A stretch of DNA of 64,000 nt from Camelus ferus. Lineage: Eukaryota. Within the stretch, counting starts at the first letter, position 1. Each line of letters begins with the position of its first letter. The stretch is from the NCBI RefSeq assembly GCF_009834535.1, contig NC_045696.1, positions 115,136,001 through 115,200,000 on the forward strand, read 5' to 3'. A program made the position numbers and the translations under genes. Below the pieces are notes generated by a model that made no database searches, was not told where the DNA came from, and worked only from the letters and a program-made list of their open reading frames with translations. Below, in pieces: positions 51,371 through 64,000 of the stretch.

Positions 51371-53342
51371 TCTCTCTGATTACAATGTACTTCAGAAGAA
51401 GAAGGTGCCGTCTTTGGTTATACCATGTGTGTTCACCCCAGTGAGAGGTAGCAGGGATTGGAATTTGAAGGGAGGGCATTTTAAAGGAATAAAAAGTGAA
51501 GTCTCTCTGTGGACTCTTTATGCATCCAACGTTTCTGTAATAACATCTGCAGTTTGACTACAAGGATCAAATTATGATGACGGCTGTAAGGTCTCATGCT
51601 TCTGGGCATAGTGCGCTGGCTGGCCGAGGTCAAGAAGAAATTCTCTCCATGGTGCTGTAGGTCATGGTGAGGAATATTTGATGTGTTTTCTACTTTCCAC
51701 TGAAGCAGCTGGCATTATTTAAGGAAGAGGCTTGGCATTAGCTGGATGGGCTGTTGGTCAGTTCTACCTAAGTACCAATACATACTGAATCCTGGAGGGA
51801 TGCTGGCTTGAAATCACACGTGGCGGCAACCTTTGGACTAAATAGTACTGCCCGGGGTGGTCACTTGCTGCTGACACACATTTTGCAAACCGGACCGTAT
51901 CCCACAGGTACCACCATCCACGGGGGGTCAGCCTCACTTTCGCTCAGCTCTGGAGAATTGTCTGTCTCCAGAGGCATTCGAAGATTAATTTAAAAGGGAA
52001 AAGAAAAGCAATTTCTGAAAGCTCCTCTAGAGGAGAAAAATCGCTGTACTTCACTGCTCTTTTTTTGATGTCCTTCTGGCTGCCTGACTCTCAGCTTTTT
52101 GCGTCGCACTCCTGTATTCTTGGAGGTGACATGATGCTAATATTTGTAACGATAGTGATGATGATGGGGATGCATATGAGGTCTCTTTGCTCATGACTCC
52201 TGCCTTCCAGGCACTTTATAAACCTCGTATCTAATCTTCAAGATAATGTACTCATTTTACAGGGAACTTAAATGATTTGTTAAACACAAAAGCAATTCTG
52301 TGGTGGAGCCAGGATCCCAGCCCAGGTCAGCTCACTTTAGAAACCAAGTGTATTTTTCTCCCCTTCCTCCTTTTTTCTCTTCTTTCCTTTCTCCTTCTTT
52401 TCTTTCCCGTTCCTTCTGTTGAAAAAAATAGCCTTTTTTTTTTTTTTTTTTTTGGCTTGCTTGTTTTTAGTTAGACTTAATGAAGTTAAATAACCATCTT
52501 GACCCTGCACGGTCAGTAAGACGTCAAACTCCATTGGAATTAGAAGGTTGCTTAATTGAGACCCCATCACAAGAACCTTTCTACCTTACCGTCTTCCATT
52601 GTCATGTGTTCAAACACCCAGGAGTCCATCTTTTTTAGATGTACACAAATGAGTACTCAGCTTACCTTGCAGAGAATTAGATCATCGTATTCTGATTTCT
52701 CTCTCTTTCTTATTTTTTCCTCCATATTATCTTCCTCTGTCAAGTGTGGGGTGTTCCAAGACCCAAAAACTCTCCCCTGGTGCCCAGATCTGGCTGTTGA
52801 GATGGGTTAGTGTTCTGGAAGGTGTGAGAGAACATAAATTCAGGCCACACCAAGTAACATCTTCTGGTTGGAATTCCTCCCACTTTTCTCTCGAGTGTGG
52901 ATTCCAGTTGCAGAATCCCCCCATAAGCCCTTGTTCTAGCAGAAGGAACCCCCTAAAAAGGCTCTACTGAAAAGATTTCCTGAAGTTTTACAGTATCAAT
53001 AATTTTGACTATAGTTCCTTCTCCTCTCTGGCTAGATGATGCATCATTTTCTCTTATGGTTTAACTTCATAAACTGAGTATTGGCTTTTGTTGATTTGCA
53101 CAGATCTGTGGGAAATGTTTTTAAAAATTTAAAAACTATCATTATGGAGATCATTAATTCTACTATTTCTAAAACCTGCTATACTTTACACAGAACATTA
53201 CTTTTTTAGCTTATGAGCTTGAGCATAATTCCTCTTGGTATCTCTTCTTTAGAGATGAGGAAAGCTGAATCACAGGGGGCCAGGTGACTTGCCCAAAGTT
53301 ACTGAGCCTGTAAATGACAAAGCCATGCTCAAGGTGTATCAT

Positions 53343-53817
53343 TGTGACGGTAAGTTTCAGATCCCTTCAGAAAGCAGAGCCTGAGACATGAGTCTGCACT
53401 GCAAGTAGTTTATTCTGAGACAAGGTCGCAGGGAACCCCAGCAGAGGACTAGGGGTAGTGAGACAAAAGTGTGTTACCAAGCTGACCACTGCTGTGGGCC
53501 CAATCATACAGGACCCTCTGAGTCGCTGTGTATAGTAGCCTCAGAAATTTCCACTCAAGACGCTGAAAGAAGGAGGCAGTCCACCAGCTCTCATCTCCCT
53601 TTGGGTGGCAACATGCCAACATAAATTCAGATCTTGTATGTGTGCAAACTCGGCCTCCAATCAGGATCCCTCATTGAGGCATCAGAAGAGCTCTGGGGAA
53701 GAAAGCAAGAGATACCCATTATCACTGAGGCAAGGAGCTGGGAAGCCACTTGCCACACCTGCAGCTGGAGAAAGAAGTGGCTAAGAGGTTATGAGGAAGT
53801 CACAAGAAAAATCCAGT
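53343..53817. mobile_element. LTR16-like ERVL LTR remnant
   Basis: CCCTTCAGAAAGCAGAGCCTGAGACATG...TGCAAGTAGTTTATT motif typical of the LTR16 group. Confidence 0.6.
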
Positions 53818-54639
53818 ATGTATGTTTCTTACTCTGTTTAAAAATAGCGATTGCCCTCAGGATGTTCACAGTATCTTGGAAGAGGATGACAGATGTTGAG
53901 ATAATGAATGATACTACAATTCTGGGGCAGTAGCATCAACAGCAGTAGCTCAGAGAAAGACATGGTTCCTCTGAGGCAAGGAGGAGTTGGGATGGTCTGG
54001 GAGACTCTAGAAAGGTAGCTCAGTACCTGGGCTGAACAAGAGCTTGTCAGAAGGAGGAGTGGAAAAAAGGACCTTCTACGGAGAATGTGGGGAGAAGAAT
54101 GGAGATGTTCACTCTGTGGGAGGCTGGACATCCCGTTTCTTGTGGCATTCCGTGTCGAGTGGCAGATGTCATTGGCAGATGAGGCTGGAAAAGTACATTG
54201 GTGCTGTACTGTGAAGGCACAAGATGACTGGCACTGAGTAGGAGAGGGGTGAGAAAAGGCCCTTAAGACATCGTCTGTGACCTTTGATGGCCAAATTTAG
54301 GAAAACTTGGGAAGTAAATAGGAATTGAGAATTCGAACAATTATTTTTAGGTTCGAACAGAATTGAGTAGGATTTTAGAAAAAAGTGGGTGGAGAGGGAG
54401 AGAGGCAGCTTGACTGAGGGTGGAAAACTGATGGAGTCCAGTCTCCAGAGAAGTGGAGGTATACCAGATGGAGCCTGAGGGACATTATGAAAAAAGCCAG
54501 AAGTAGGAAGGTAGATAGAGGTCCTTAGATCTGGTTACTCCACCTGCTTAACAGCTGTGTTAACGTCTGTAAACCTCAGGATCTTCATTGAAAAGTGAGG
54601 TTAATAATAGACACTACACATAAGTTTTATGGGAAGAAA

Positions 54640-55068
54640 GAATCCAAACGTCTATTGATGGATGAATGGATAACCAAAATGTTGTCTGTCCATCCAGTGG
54701 ATTATTTTTCAGCCTTAAGAAGGAATGAAATCCTTACATCTGCTACAGGATGGATGAACCTTGAATATATCATGCTCAGTGAAATAATCTAGACATAAAA
54801 GTCTAAATATTATATGATTCCACTTACACAGGATGCCTAGAATAGTCAAATTCATAGCAACAGAAGATAGAACGGCAGTTACCATGGGCTAGGGGAAGAT
54901 TTGTCATTCAGTGGGTGTGGAGTTTGGGAGGATGGAAAGTTCTGGAGGTGGACTGTGGTGATGGTTGCCCAACAGTGTAGGTGTGCTTAATGCCAATGAA
55001 TTGTACACATAAAGGGGCTTAAGATGGTACATTTTATGTTATGTATACTTAACCACAATTAAAAATTA
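54640..55068 (+). mobile_element. L1MB-type 3' end inserted in a MIR
   Basis: GATGAATGGATAACCAAAATG...AAGGAATGAAATCC...TATATGATTCCACTTA...ATTTTATGTTATGTATACTTAACCACAATT. Confidence 0.88.
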
Positions 55069-55324
55069 AAGTGTTGTGAGACTTAAGATGGATAGGCCAT
55101 ACAAGTAACACAGTTTCATAGCCATGGCAGTCAGAATTATCCATAGGGAGGCATCAAGCTCTTGGTGAATGTAGGCTGGGTGGGAAGGGAGAGGGGTGGA
55201 GTGGCCTGGGAAAGGCAGGACACCCCTTTTCAGAGTAGAGAAAGGAAGAAAGGATGGGCACCCATATTTAAGTCCAATCTGAGGCAGAGGTGGAGGGGGA
55301 CGGGGTGTAAAGGACTCCTGCCTG

Positions 55325-56022
55325 TGTAACTGACCAGGACCCTATTGTCATCATTGGTGACCATCTGCTATCTGTAACAGTGTTTGTAACTGCTTAACTG
55401 TAGTGGTTTAAAGGGCTTGTCTCCTGCTCTTGCTGACCAGGGTTAGGCTGGAGAGGAGGGAGTCTTGGGTGGTCCACCCAGACCCCTCATGGTGCTGTGA
55501 GCAGGGATCATGCTCAGTGTACTGCTCTTGACCTCTTGTGGTTTCCTTGTATCCTGTTGTTCCAGCTGCAGGCCTCAGTGTGCTTAAAGTGCTAAAAGCA
55601 TTTATCGGCCTGACTTTAAACTGCACAAGTTTTTCTCTTGAGCTTTTTTTCCATGGAGCCCCTTCCTATGCACCCTGTGTTCTAGATACAAGAATATTAA
55701 GAGAGTCCCAAAGCCGGAGGTGAACTTCATACCTAGCAGAGGGAAGGGGACCACTGCATCTGCAAAAACAAGAACAATTTTGCAACAATTTGTTATCCTG
55801 TATGTGACCTCTATGGAAACTAGCTTCACCTCTGAAACTTTTGAACTTTATTATAAACCCTCCACCTCCTCTCCCCAGCAGGTTCACAGTCTTAGAGGCA
55901 TGAGCCCACTGTGACCTCCTTTGCCTGGCAAAGAAATAAAGCTGCCTTTTCTACTTTTTCCAGAACTATGCCCTCAAGTCTTAATGCAGTAAGCAGGGAA
56001 TGGGGATTATGTTTCAGCAACA
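55325..56022 (+). mobile_element. ERV1-type solo LTR (family C), 698 bp
   Basis: TGTAAC...GCAACA termini, perfect 4-bp TSD CCTG (55321-55324, 56023-56026), TATAAA ~55852, AATAAA 55935-55940. Confidence 0.88.
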
Positions 56023-56591
56023 CCTGGGGACTCTTGTCTCTTGGTAAGGAGTGTGAAGGTTGAAGGTGAGGTTGGGGGCATGGGGAAAGTTACAGTGCTG
56101 TGCAACAGCTGCTGCAGATGGGAAAGGAAGCAGCCTGGGTATGAATAAAACAATTGCCAAGTAGCTGAGAGCAAGCAGCTGAAGTTGGATATAATAAATT
56201 TGTGATGGAGTCAGTGAGCATAGCTATGTCATTTTTTTCTAGCAGTACTTGGCAACACAGAAACAACCTGGAGAAACAGGGAGTTGGACTGATTTAGGAT
56301 ATGGCACCAGCAAGACAGTTGTGGTCAACAGTTAAAGAGTTGAGGGAATTGAGGGTGCTCATGAGAACGCAATTTCATTGTCTGACCACGTGGTTCAGGC
56401 TGGAGAGGAAAGGGGTCGGGAGATGGAGAAGACTTGAAAACATTCAAGGAACCAGGGATTTTAATAAAGGGAAAATGAGCCTGGATTGTGACCCGAGGTC
56501 GGAGTGCAGTCAGGGTTCAAGAGCAGTTTCAAATCTTCATCAGGTGAGTGCTCAGGCTGAAGGCAGGTCGGTGGGTGAGAATAAAGTCAGG

Positions 56592-56779
56592 CAGTGGTTC
56601 TCAAACTTCAGAGGCAACAGAGTTAACCTGAGGTTCTTTAAGAACCTGCTTTGTTGGGCCTCACAGTCAGACTTCCTGATTCCAAGGGTCTGGGATGAGT
56701 CCAGTGAATTTGCCTTTCGAACAAGTTCCCATTCGATGCTGATGCTGCTGGCCTGGGGAACACACTTTGAGAAACACTG
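56592..56779 (-). mobile_element. MER5A, full-length MITE
   Basis: TIRs CAGTGGTTCTCAAA...TTTGAGAAACACTG; internal AACAAGTTCCC...GATGCTGATGCTGCTGG. Confidence 0.88.
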
Positions 56780-57042
56780 GGGTAGAACACAGAGTAAAAT
56801 CTATGGTTGGGGCTGGGTGGATCTTTAATGGAAGTGTTATGCATGGCAAGGGGAGGAGGAGGGAAAGCTCTGTTCTGGTGCTAAAGTTTCCAGAGAACAT
56901 GGGAAAATGACGTGGGACTTGGAAGGTGATGATCAGGAGAATGTAAAATTAAGAATGTAAGCAGGGTAAGGGGGAAGCATGAGAGCTTTGGTAGGTTGAC
57001 CAGTTGACCATCCAGTCAGGACCTTACATAGTGTTCATGCCT

Positions 57043-57583
57043 TGTTGTGGCACTGAGTCTGTGGGTTCAACCAAGTCTCAACTCATTCTGCTTGCTGCAT
57101 GACAGGCCAATAAATCCCAAGGTGAGATGTTGTGGCAAGGAATAATGACTTTATTCGGAAAGTCAGCAGACCGAGAAGAAGATGGAGGACTCATGTCCTG
57201 GAGAACTATCCTACTCAAGTCAGCATTCTGGCTCCTTTTATATTAAAAGGGGAGGGTATGTGGTTCATTGTTGCAAACTTCTTGGTGTCAAAATCCTTTG
57301 TCTTGCATCTGTCCATGTGGGTCAGGTCATGGTGTCCCTGTAAACCTCCAAGACAAACGTTATTCTCTGTTCTGCAACTTTTTATCTCTACATGAGTAGG
57401 AAGGTGTTAGACCCTTACAGGTCAGAGCCTTGAGAATAGGCTATCCTGTGTATTTCAGGCTCTAGGCAACATTTTTCCACAAAAGATGTAGAACCAGCAT
57501 GACTAAGCCCAGGAAACAGAGTACAGGGTTCGAGCTAAATGAACAGATTCAATATGGAGTCAGGTTTGTTCTTCCCTGTTACA
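57043..57583 (-). mobile_element. ERV solo LTR (family A, second copy)
   Basis: Colinear with 36250-36749 (GGCAAGGAATAA.GACTTTATT, TGTCCTGGAGAAC, TTTCAGGCTCTAGGCAACATT, ATGGAGTCAG.TTTGTTCTTCCCT); ends TTACA. Left boundary approximate. Confidence 0.85.
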
Positions 57584-59037
57584 CAAGGACCCCTAGACAA
57601 GGCTACATTGAGTTATATATACATCACTGGTGGTTTAATGATTTAGTGCCCTTTCAAATCAATATTCTTTGAGTTTTTGGTATACAGATGTGTATGCTTA
57701 TCCATTTATATTTATTTCATATTAAAATTATGATATTTAGTAAGGAAAATTTAAAAATTGGGTCTTTCTAAAAAAATTAAGATGTTATATGTACAAAATT
57801 ATACAATTTTTTTTCTCTAGAATAAAGGATTTTTTGCATGTACTTCAGATAATATGTTTAATTTTCAGTCTTTCCATCACTCAAAGATGTCTAGTGGATT
57901 ACACTTGTAAAGTCTTATTCAACATACGTGTCAAAGTAAATTCTTTCATCTTGGTAAATGTTTTATACTTTAAAAAAAAAGGAAAAACACTTCTTCCTCT
58001 TTTTCCTCTCCTCCTCCTTCCCCTCCTCCTCCTTGTGACCCAGGCATATTAAAGACTTTCACATTCAGATTTCTAAAACAATGAGAAGAACCTCCTTTCC
58101 CGGCAGCAGCACTGCACATGCAGTATTCAGCCTGAGGATTTCAGGCAGTAATCAGGCAACTGTGAGCTCACTGGGCTCAGAAGTGGGGACAAGCTCTGTT
58201 GGTTCAAACTTGGATGGGACATATGCGACCCCTATGCATTGGAGACAAGTTAGTGAGAACGAGGGAGCATTTCAGTTTCTGCTGGCATTAGACAGACTTC
58301 CTGGGAAATTCTCAGGACCTCCGTTTTCTAGACCCTCAGCTTCCTGCGCTGTGTCACCCGCCATCACCGTCAAAGCATCAGCAGTGCCTGGGCCCTCTGG
58401 TTCTCCACTGGGCGCAGTCCAGTGGCCAGTCTAGGACGGCCAGCTCCTCCATCTAGGCTAAGGATGAATGGCTAGTTTAGTCAGTGCTAAGCTCTGGGTT
58501 TCTGGCTTCTGAAACGTCCAGCCTTGGGTTGGAAGGCTGTGCTTCTTGAAAAGTGGGATGTGGTTCTCCCCAAGGAGGGCAGGTGATGCCACCTGGAGGG
58601 ATGGGGGAGTTCACTCCCTGTGGGCACACTTAGGACCTAGAGAAGAGGAGGAGGCAGCCACACCCCATCCCTTCCCCTCTCTCATGCTCTCCAAGGCGCG
58701 GTTTCCCCGAATAGCCGTCAGGAGACGTCACACGTGGTCCAGCAGAGCAGGCTGTATCCTTACACAGCTTGTCATGAAGCAGTGGCCATATGTCACCTCA
58801 CATGGCTGTCAGTCTGCCCTCCTCCCCTCCCTCTGCCTCACTCCCACTGCCCTGGCCAGGCACCTCCCCAATATAGCGTTAACCCCCAATTCCTGTCTTC
58901 GCCTCCGTTTCCTAAGGAGCCGGGTCTGAGACATCACTCAAGGGCACTTGCATTTCCTTGGATCTGTTAAGAGTCATATTTAGAGTCCAGTACAGACTTC
59001 CATAACATTCCCAGTGTAATCCGAAGATATTTCAGGG

Positions 59038-59183
59038 CCGTAGCTCTCAAAATAAGGTCCCCGAATCGGTAACAGTAGCATCACCTGAGAAGTTCTTAGA
59101 CTTGCAAATTCGCAGGTGATGGGGCCCAGAAATCTGGTCTTTTAAGCCTTCCAGGTGATTCTGATAAGGTCTGAGAACAGCTG
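59038..59183 (+). mobile_element. MER5A1-like MITE
   Basis: CTCTCAAAATAAGGTCCCCG...GCATCACCTG...GGGGCCCAGAAATCTG...TTCCAGGTGATTCTGAT...TGAGAAC. Confidence 0.78.
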
Positions 59184-60960
59184 CTTTAGGGCTTCTTATC
59201 AATGAATGCCTGAGCCAGCTGCCTGACTGGCCTCCCCCTAATGGGATACCACTTACAGGAAGGAGCAGGCAGGTCCTCAGAGATTGACACCGATGAATTC
59301 AAGGTGTATGGAATCTAAACTACATGTCTAATTAATGTGTAGTTGAGTCTACACTGAATTATATTTATAGCTGCTTTTCAAGTCCACCCTTGCTAGGTTG
59401 CTGAGAAGGACTCGGTGAGCGTGGGAGAAAAGGGAAGTTGATGATCTTGAGTGATGGCTACTGTAAGTTCAATGGAGTTTATGCTACGCCACAACAGAAC
59501 ACCCCTCTCTGGAGAATGAACACTGGCGATTCATTCAATTTGGTGGTGCTGTCCTCTGACAGTGCTAGATAAACACAGCGAAGTCTCTCTCTGGGGACTC
59601 GACTTTTACAGATAGTATGGTATTAGAACATAGCCAGCTTGGCATAACTGCTTTGAGATTCAGTTGTTCAATCTTCAAACGTGGTAGGATCTTTGTGCTT
59701 CAAGATGGTAGTGCGAGCCAGATGATGGTAAATATTTGGACATCAGAAATATCTCCGCGTGTTGAGACCGCACAGTGTCAGCCATGGGAGTGTGTAAGAT
59801 TTATATATTCACGTTCCCTTTCATTGTCATGGAGAGTGTTTTGTTTAGCTTACTTGTTTAAACAGACAGCGGTCTTCTTGGCTGAGGACATGTCTCGCTA
59901 TGTACTGAAGTATGTTGTTGGGAACAAGAGCACATTATAATAACTTCACAGCATACACATGACTGTTTTCAGATACCCTGGTGTGCTCTTAATTTATTTT
60001 ATAAACATATGGTACAGTCTAAAGCTTTTGAGTGGGAACTGAGAAAGTTCTCTTTTGTCATTTTTATTATATGGCCTGGTAGTTTTCATGTTGCATTTCT
60101 AGAATTACGCATTGGATATTAGGATATTAATTGAACATTAGATTGTCATCAGATGACAATAGTCATGGCAGAATTCATGGGGTTTAAAACCAGTTTATGG
60201 ATAGACATGCGCTATGGAATTAGAGACGTTAAAAACATGTAAAGCAGCAGAGACTTGGGAAGAATGCAGTTAATGTTTAGCTGTGGTACAGACTAGTTTT
60301 GCTAAGTTTTATTATATTTAGATGATTAATGAATAATGTCATTGTGTTTCACGGTAGATCTGCCTTGTCTCCTTCCCCCAATTTACCATTTGCCTTTTTA
60401 GTTTGTTTCATTTGAAGTAATAGTGATGATTGTAAAATTATTTTATGTCAGCTTCATCTGTAATGGCAAACACTGGATATACGTAAATGCCCAATGAAGA
60501 AGCCTTGCTAAGTCAATTATAATACATCGCTAAAAGACAGTCCTTTTCAGATTTTAAAATGATGTTTTACAAGTATATTTACTAAAATGTGCAGTTATTC
60601 TCAATAGAGCAAAGGCAATTTCAAATGGTTCTGTTTTTGTGAACAAATGTGTTTGAACCCCTCAAATACATATATTTTCAAAAGGAGCAAAGTAGTAGAG
60701 TTGCCAGAATAACAGAGGTGCTGACTTCTGGTCGTGAGATTACAATGATTATTATTTTTTTTTTTTCTATTCTTTGCTTATCTCTGTTGGCTAGCTCTTT
60801 TGCAATAGAATTCATTAAGCGATTTCGCTGTTTCTCAAATGAAACAAATTAAATTGTACATGGTCATCATTGATGACTCATTGTGTTTCCTTTTTGTGTT
60901 TATTACCTGTGAATGTAAAAGTACCTTTCGCTTTACTCAAAAAAAGATGGGTCATAGGGA

Positions 60961-61563
60961 ATAGCTTTGTTACCTGTTGCTGCATGAAAAAACCAACTCC
61001 AAAACGAACTGACCTAACAACAGTAACAGTATTTCCCATGATATTTTGGGCTAGGGCACTTCCTCTGCTTGTTTTGCAGGCTTTTTTGGGGGGAAGGGGA
61101 GAGGTAATTCAGTTTATTTATTTGTTTGTTTGTTTGTTTTAGAGGAGGTGCTGGGCATTGAACCCAGGACCTCATGCACGTTAAGCATGTGCTCTACCAC
61201 TGAGCTGTACCCTCCCCCACCTTGTATCACAGCCTTTATCTGGAGTCTCCTGGGCTGTCAGGTCCAAGGTGACCTCACTCACAGTTCTGGAGGTTGGTGC
61301 TGGCTGTTGACTGTGACCCTGGTTCTCCTCTTTATAGCATCTCTTTCTTCATCAGACTAGACTGGCTTCCTGTCCTGCTGGTCTCTGGGCAGAAGGGCAA
61401 GGCTCCCTGACACCCAGACCTGGTACGCACGTGGCACCCCTTCTGCCATATTGTATAGGGAGAGCAATCATCAGGCCAGAGCTGACACGTGGGCGAGAAA
61501 ACAGTCTCCTCTTTGCGGTGGGAGGGTCATCACAGTGTCAGTGGTCAGACTGAATCTGCCACA
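60961..61563. mobile_element. MLT1-type LTR interrupted by a SINE
   Basis: TTGCTGCATGAAAAAACCAACTCCAAAAC...TCCAAGGTGACCTCACTCAC...TTCTGCCATATTG...AATCTGCCACA. Confidence 0.7.
61082..61222 (-). mobile_element. Vic-1-like SINE
   Basis: Reverse complement reads GGGGGAGGGTACAGCTCAGTGGTAGAGCACATGCTTAACGTGCATGAGGTCCTGGGTTCAATGCCCAGCACCTCC. Confidence 0.92.
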
Positions 61564-61928
61564 GGGATGCCCACAATGGCGAAGGCAGGATCCCACAGTT
61601 CCCCATAAAGTGTTTTGTGACTCTCACGTCTTGAGGCTTGAGTAATTCCAATGCTATATTAAAACATCATTATTAGCGCTAAAAACTATTAAATGCTTAG
61701 TTAAATGTCAAGTCAGTATTTAAGTTATTTTTATATGAATTATCTCACTTCATGGAGAGAATAACCCTAAGGGTAGGTACTATTACTTCTGCCATCCTGC
61801 AGTAAAGGGACATTAGGTTAAGAAATATTAACCATGCTGCTTAGGTGACAGCTAGTTCATGGTGGAGGGAAGGTTTAAATTCAGAATCTGACTCTAAAAC
61901 CTTCTCCTTCTTAACTTCTCAGCCTACA

Positions 61929-62243
61929 CTGCAGTAGTCACTAGCTATGTTTCACTATAGAAGACTTCAAATTGGCTGGTCTGAAATGAGGTATGCTATA
62001 TATTTAAAATACACACCAGTTTATGAAGACTTAGTACAGAAAAAAAAGTGTAAAATAGCTCTTTTTTTTTAGATTGCTCGTATGTTAAAATGCTCTTTTA
62101 TGTACATTGAATTAAAGAAAACATTATTAAATTAATTTCACTTCTTTGTTTTTACTTTTTTCATGTGGCTGCTGGGCCCTTTAAAATCACGTATGTAACT
62201 CACATCTGAGCTCCCATCACACTGCATCTAGCCAGGGTTGCTC
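61929..62243. mobile_element. MER33-like element, opposite orientation to 49470-49834
   Basis: GTAGTCACTAGCTATG...TAAAATACACACCAG...GAAGACTTAGTAC...TTAAAATTAATTTCAC...ATGTGGCT. Confidence 0.78.
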
Positions 62244-64000
62244 TATACACTGACAATTTGCATGCAGTTTTTCAGAGCACCTGCCAATCCTTAGTTTTTC
62301 AATTACGTGGCTAGAAACCATACACAATTTCAAAGCGCTATATTTAATTCTCTTAATACCAGTGTATATAATCTGCACTGGCCAGAAATAATCAGAGCGA
62401 CCTTAAAAGGCAAACACAATGATAATTTGGTATTAGTGAAGAGACTTGGAAATAAACGGCTACAAATTGAGTGCACGTTTCTGCACATTATAATATTTAC
62501 AAGTACTAGATTGCTTGTCGTTTAACAAAATTGACTCTCTTGGTTTTCACTGTGTGTCTGTTTTCCTTTTTCTGTGTTATTTATCTTGAATTATTCTTAC
62601 GTGGGTCCCAGGCAAGGCTAGAACATTTCAATCTGCCTTTCTTCCCCTTGTTTGTGCTGAAACCCAAGCTGGGCATCTCTGCCAGCCAAGGCGCCTGCCT
62701 GCCAGCTTTCCCCATTGTTCTCTTTCCCCTTCCTTGATTGACCCATTCTCCCTGCTCTGATTGTCTCCGTTGAGGAATCATTGCCCCAGGAATTCCCCAG
62801 TCTTGCTGCCACACGTGGCTTCCTGCTTTACTGGTCCCTGGGTCCCAGAACCTCAGGGTGGCTGATCACTTGTCCCTCTAGGACTTCATCCTCTGAATTA
62901 AGAGGAGCAGATGTGTTGTTCCACGCAAGAAAGGTTTTCTAGAAATCTTGTGTCGTTAGTCGCTCGGTGATGCCAACTACTAATTTCATCACCCTAATGG
63001 GTTTCTACTTGATCTTTTTCTGAACCATGCTACTTGGAGCCCTTGAAATCTGGTTGGGGTGTTTGGTTTAAACGTCAGGTGAAGCAGGTCTTTGGAGCCG
63101 AAACTTCCTCTTGTTGGAGCAGAATTGCCTGTGCCAGCTCATCTGGTTTGTAAAGTTCATCACACACCAGGTTAGAGACATTCAGCTGGAAAAACTGAAG
63201 AGAGAGGCAGAAAATTAGAAAATCAGACGCTGAAAGTCTGTCACTTCTGCTGTCTTTTATGAACTGCTAGGCTGGATCATACTGCGTTTGTTTCTTTCTG
63301 TTAAGCTTAAATATTTTGGAAGTGTGCTTAGCTTTCAAGGATAGGTTGAATTCTTGTTACCAAGGCAAATGTTGTTTCCAAATAGCCAGTAGCCACAGAA
63401 TCTTCAGGGATGCTCCTCTTAGCATTTCTTGAATATTAAAATAAAAGAAATGTGTTTTTTTTAAACGCCCAACAAGAAGGAAACTAATCTCTCTCTTGCT
63501 AAGACAAAATGGGAAGGTAATTGAGAAAATAAGTTTAATGCCTTTTTATTTTGCAGTATTTTTTTTTTAGCATTAATAGGATATGTTCCTTCCATCACGT
63601 ACAAATTAAAAAAACTATTGCCAGTACCCACTGGATTCTTTATGAAGCTTTTAGACCTCATCAGTTTCCTTGCTAACTGGCAATGTACCTGCTCTAAAGC
63701 ATTAGATTAAAAAATTAGAAAGTTCCAAATTGCCGTGCTAGTTTGCTGAACTAGCAGAATGTGTCCCTGTCATTTACTTCCTAAGCTGCACTCCCCCTTC
63801 TTTTAAAATGAAGACATCCGTTTGAACAAAATTAATCATTAATTTTTTTTTCCAAGTCGGCTGTTGAAAAATGTGACATTCTTAAGTCGGTAAGATGTTC
63901 AGAATAAAAATAGGAAATTCTTTGGAAATCCATTTGCAACCTAGCTTTGCTCTGATTAATAACCCTTGCAAATGTGTGCTTATTATACCATAAACATGAC

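Larger units (their letters stand above)
12735..64000 (+). other. ZNF385D: Intron 1 of ZNF385D (continues beyond the window)
   Basis: Begins GTGAGT; no ZNF385D exon-2 sequence recognised downstream; content is repeats plus non-coding sequence. Confidence 0.75.

Noticed and set aside
56301..56828. 175-aa plus-strand ORF
   Set aside because: Runs across an L2-like remnant and a MER5A; a chance open frame.
36250..57583. Two same-family, same-orientation LTRs as the ends of one provirus
   Set aside because: They are ~20 kb apart with no gag/pol/env between them, the interval holds far older L2, MIR and MER elements, and the copies differ by indels and flanks. Independent solo LTRs fit better.
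49470..62243. Inverted MER33-like pair as the ends of a large DNA transposon
   Set aside because: Each is a separate, highly diverged non-autonomous element, and there is no transposase between them.

Overview
Mammalian genomic DNA, most likely a camelid (camel, alpaca or llama), judged from several tRNA-derived SINEs resembling the camelid Vic-1 family and the absence of recognisable Alu, Bov-A/Bov-tA or PRE-1. The only host-gene exon I can support is the CpG-island first exon of ZNF385D (+ strand; coding 12713-12734, MRNIMYF-G, donor GTGAGT). The rest of the window appears to be its long first intron and upstream/intronic flank, filled with L1, L2, MIR, MaLR/ERV LTRs, hAT MITEs and microsatellites. 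Most notable: (1) a 5'-truncated processed pseudogene of the NLRP2(/7) 3' end at 7543-8040 (-); (2) a uORF-dense ZNF385D leader in which ORFs are chained by overlapping stop/start codons (ATGA, then TAATG into the main start); (3) a SINE split by a ~210-bp foreign insert inside one TSD pair; (4) a ~4-kb L2 fossil with nested insertions; (5) a 3-copy ~37-bp GCGCATGC repeat and several palindromic elements. I found no convincing new multi-gene system, and nearly all ORF-track entries are spurious or repeat-derived. Gene and repeat names come from recall of consensus sequences, not database searches.
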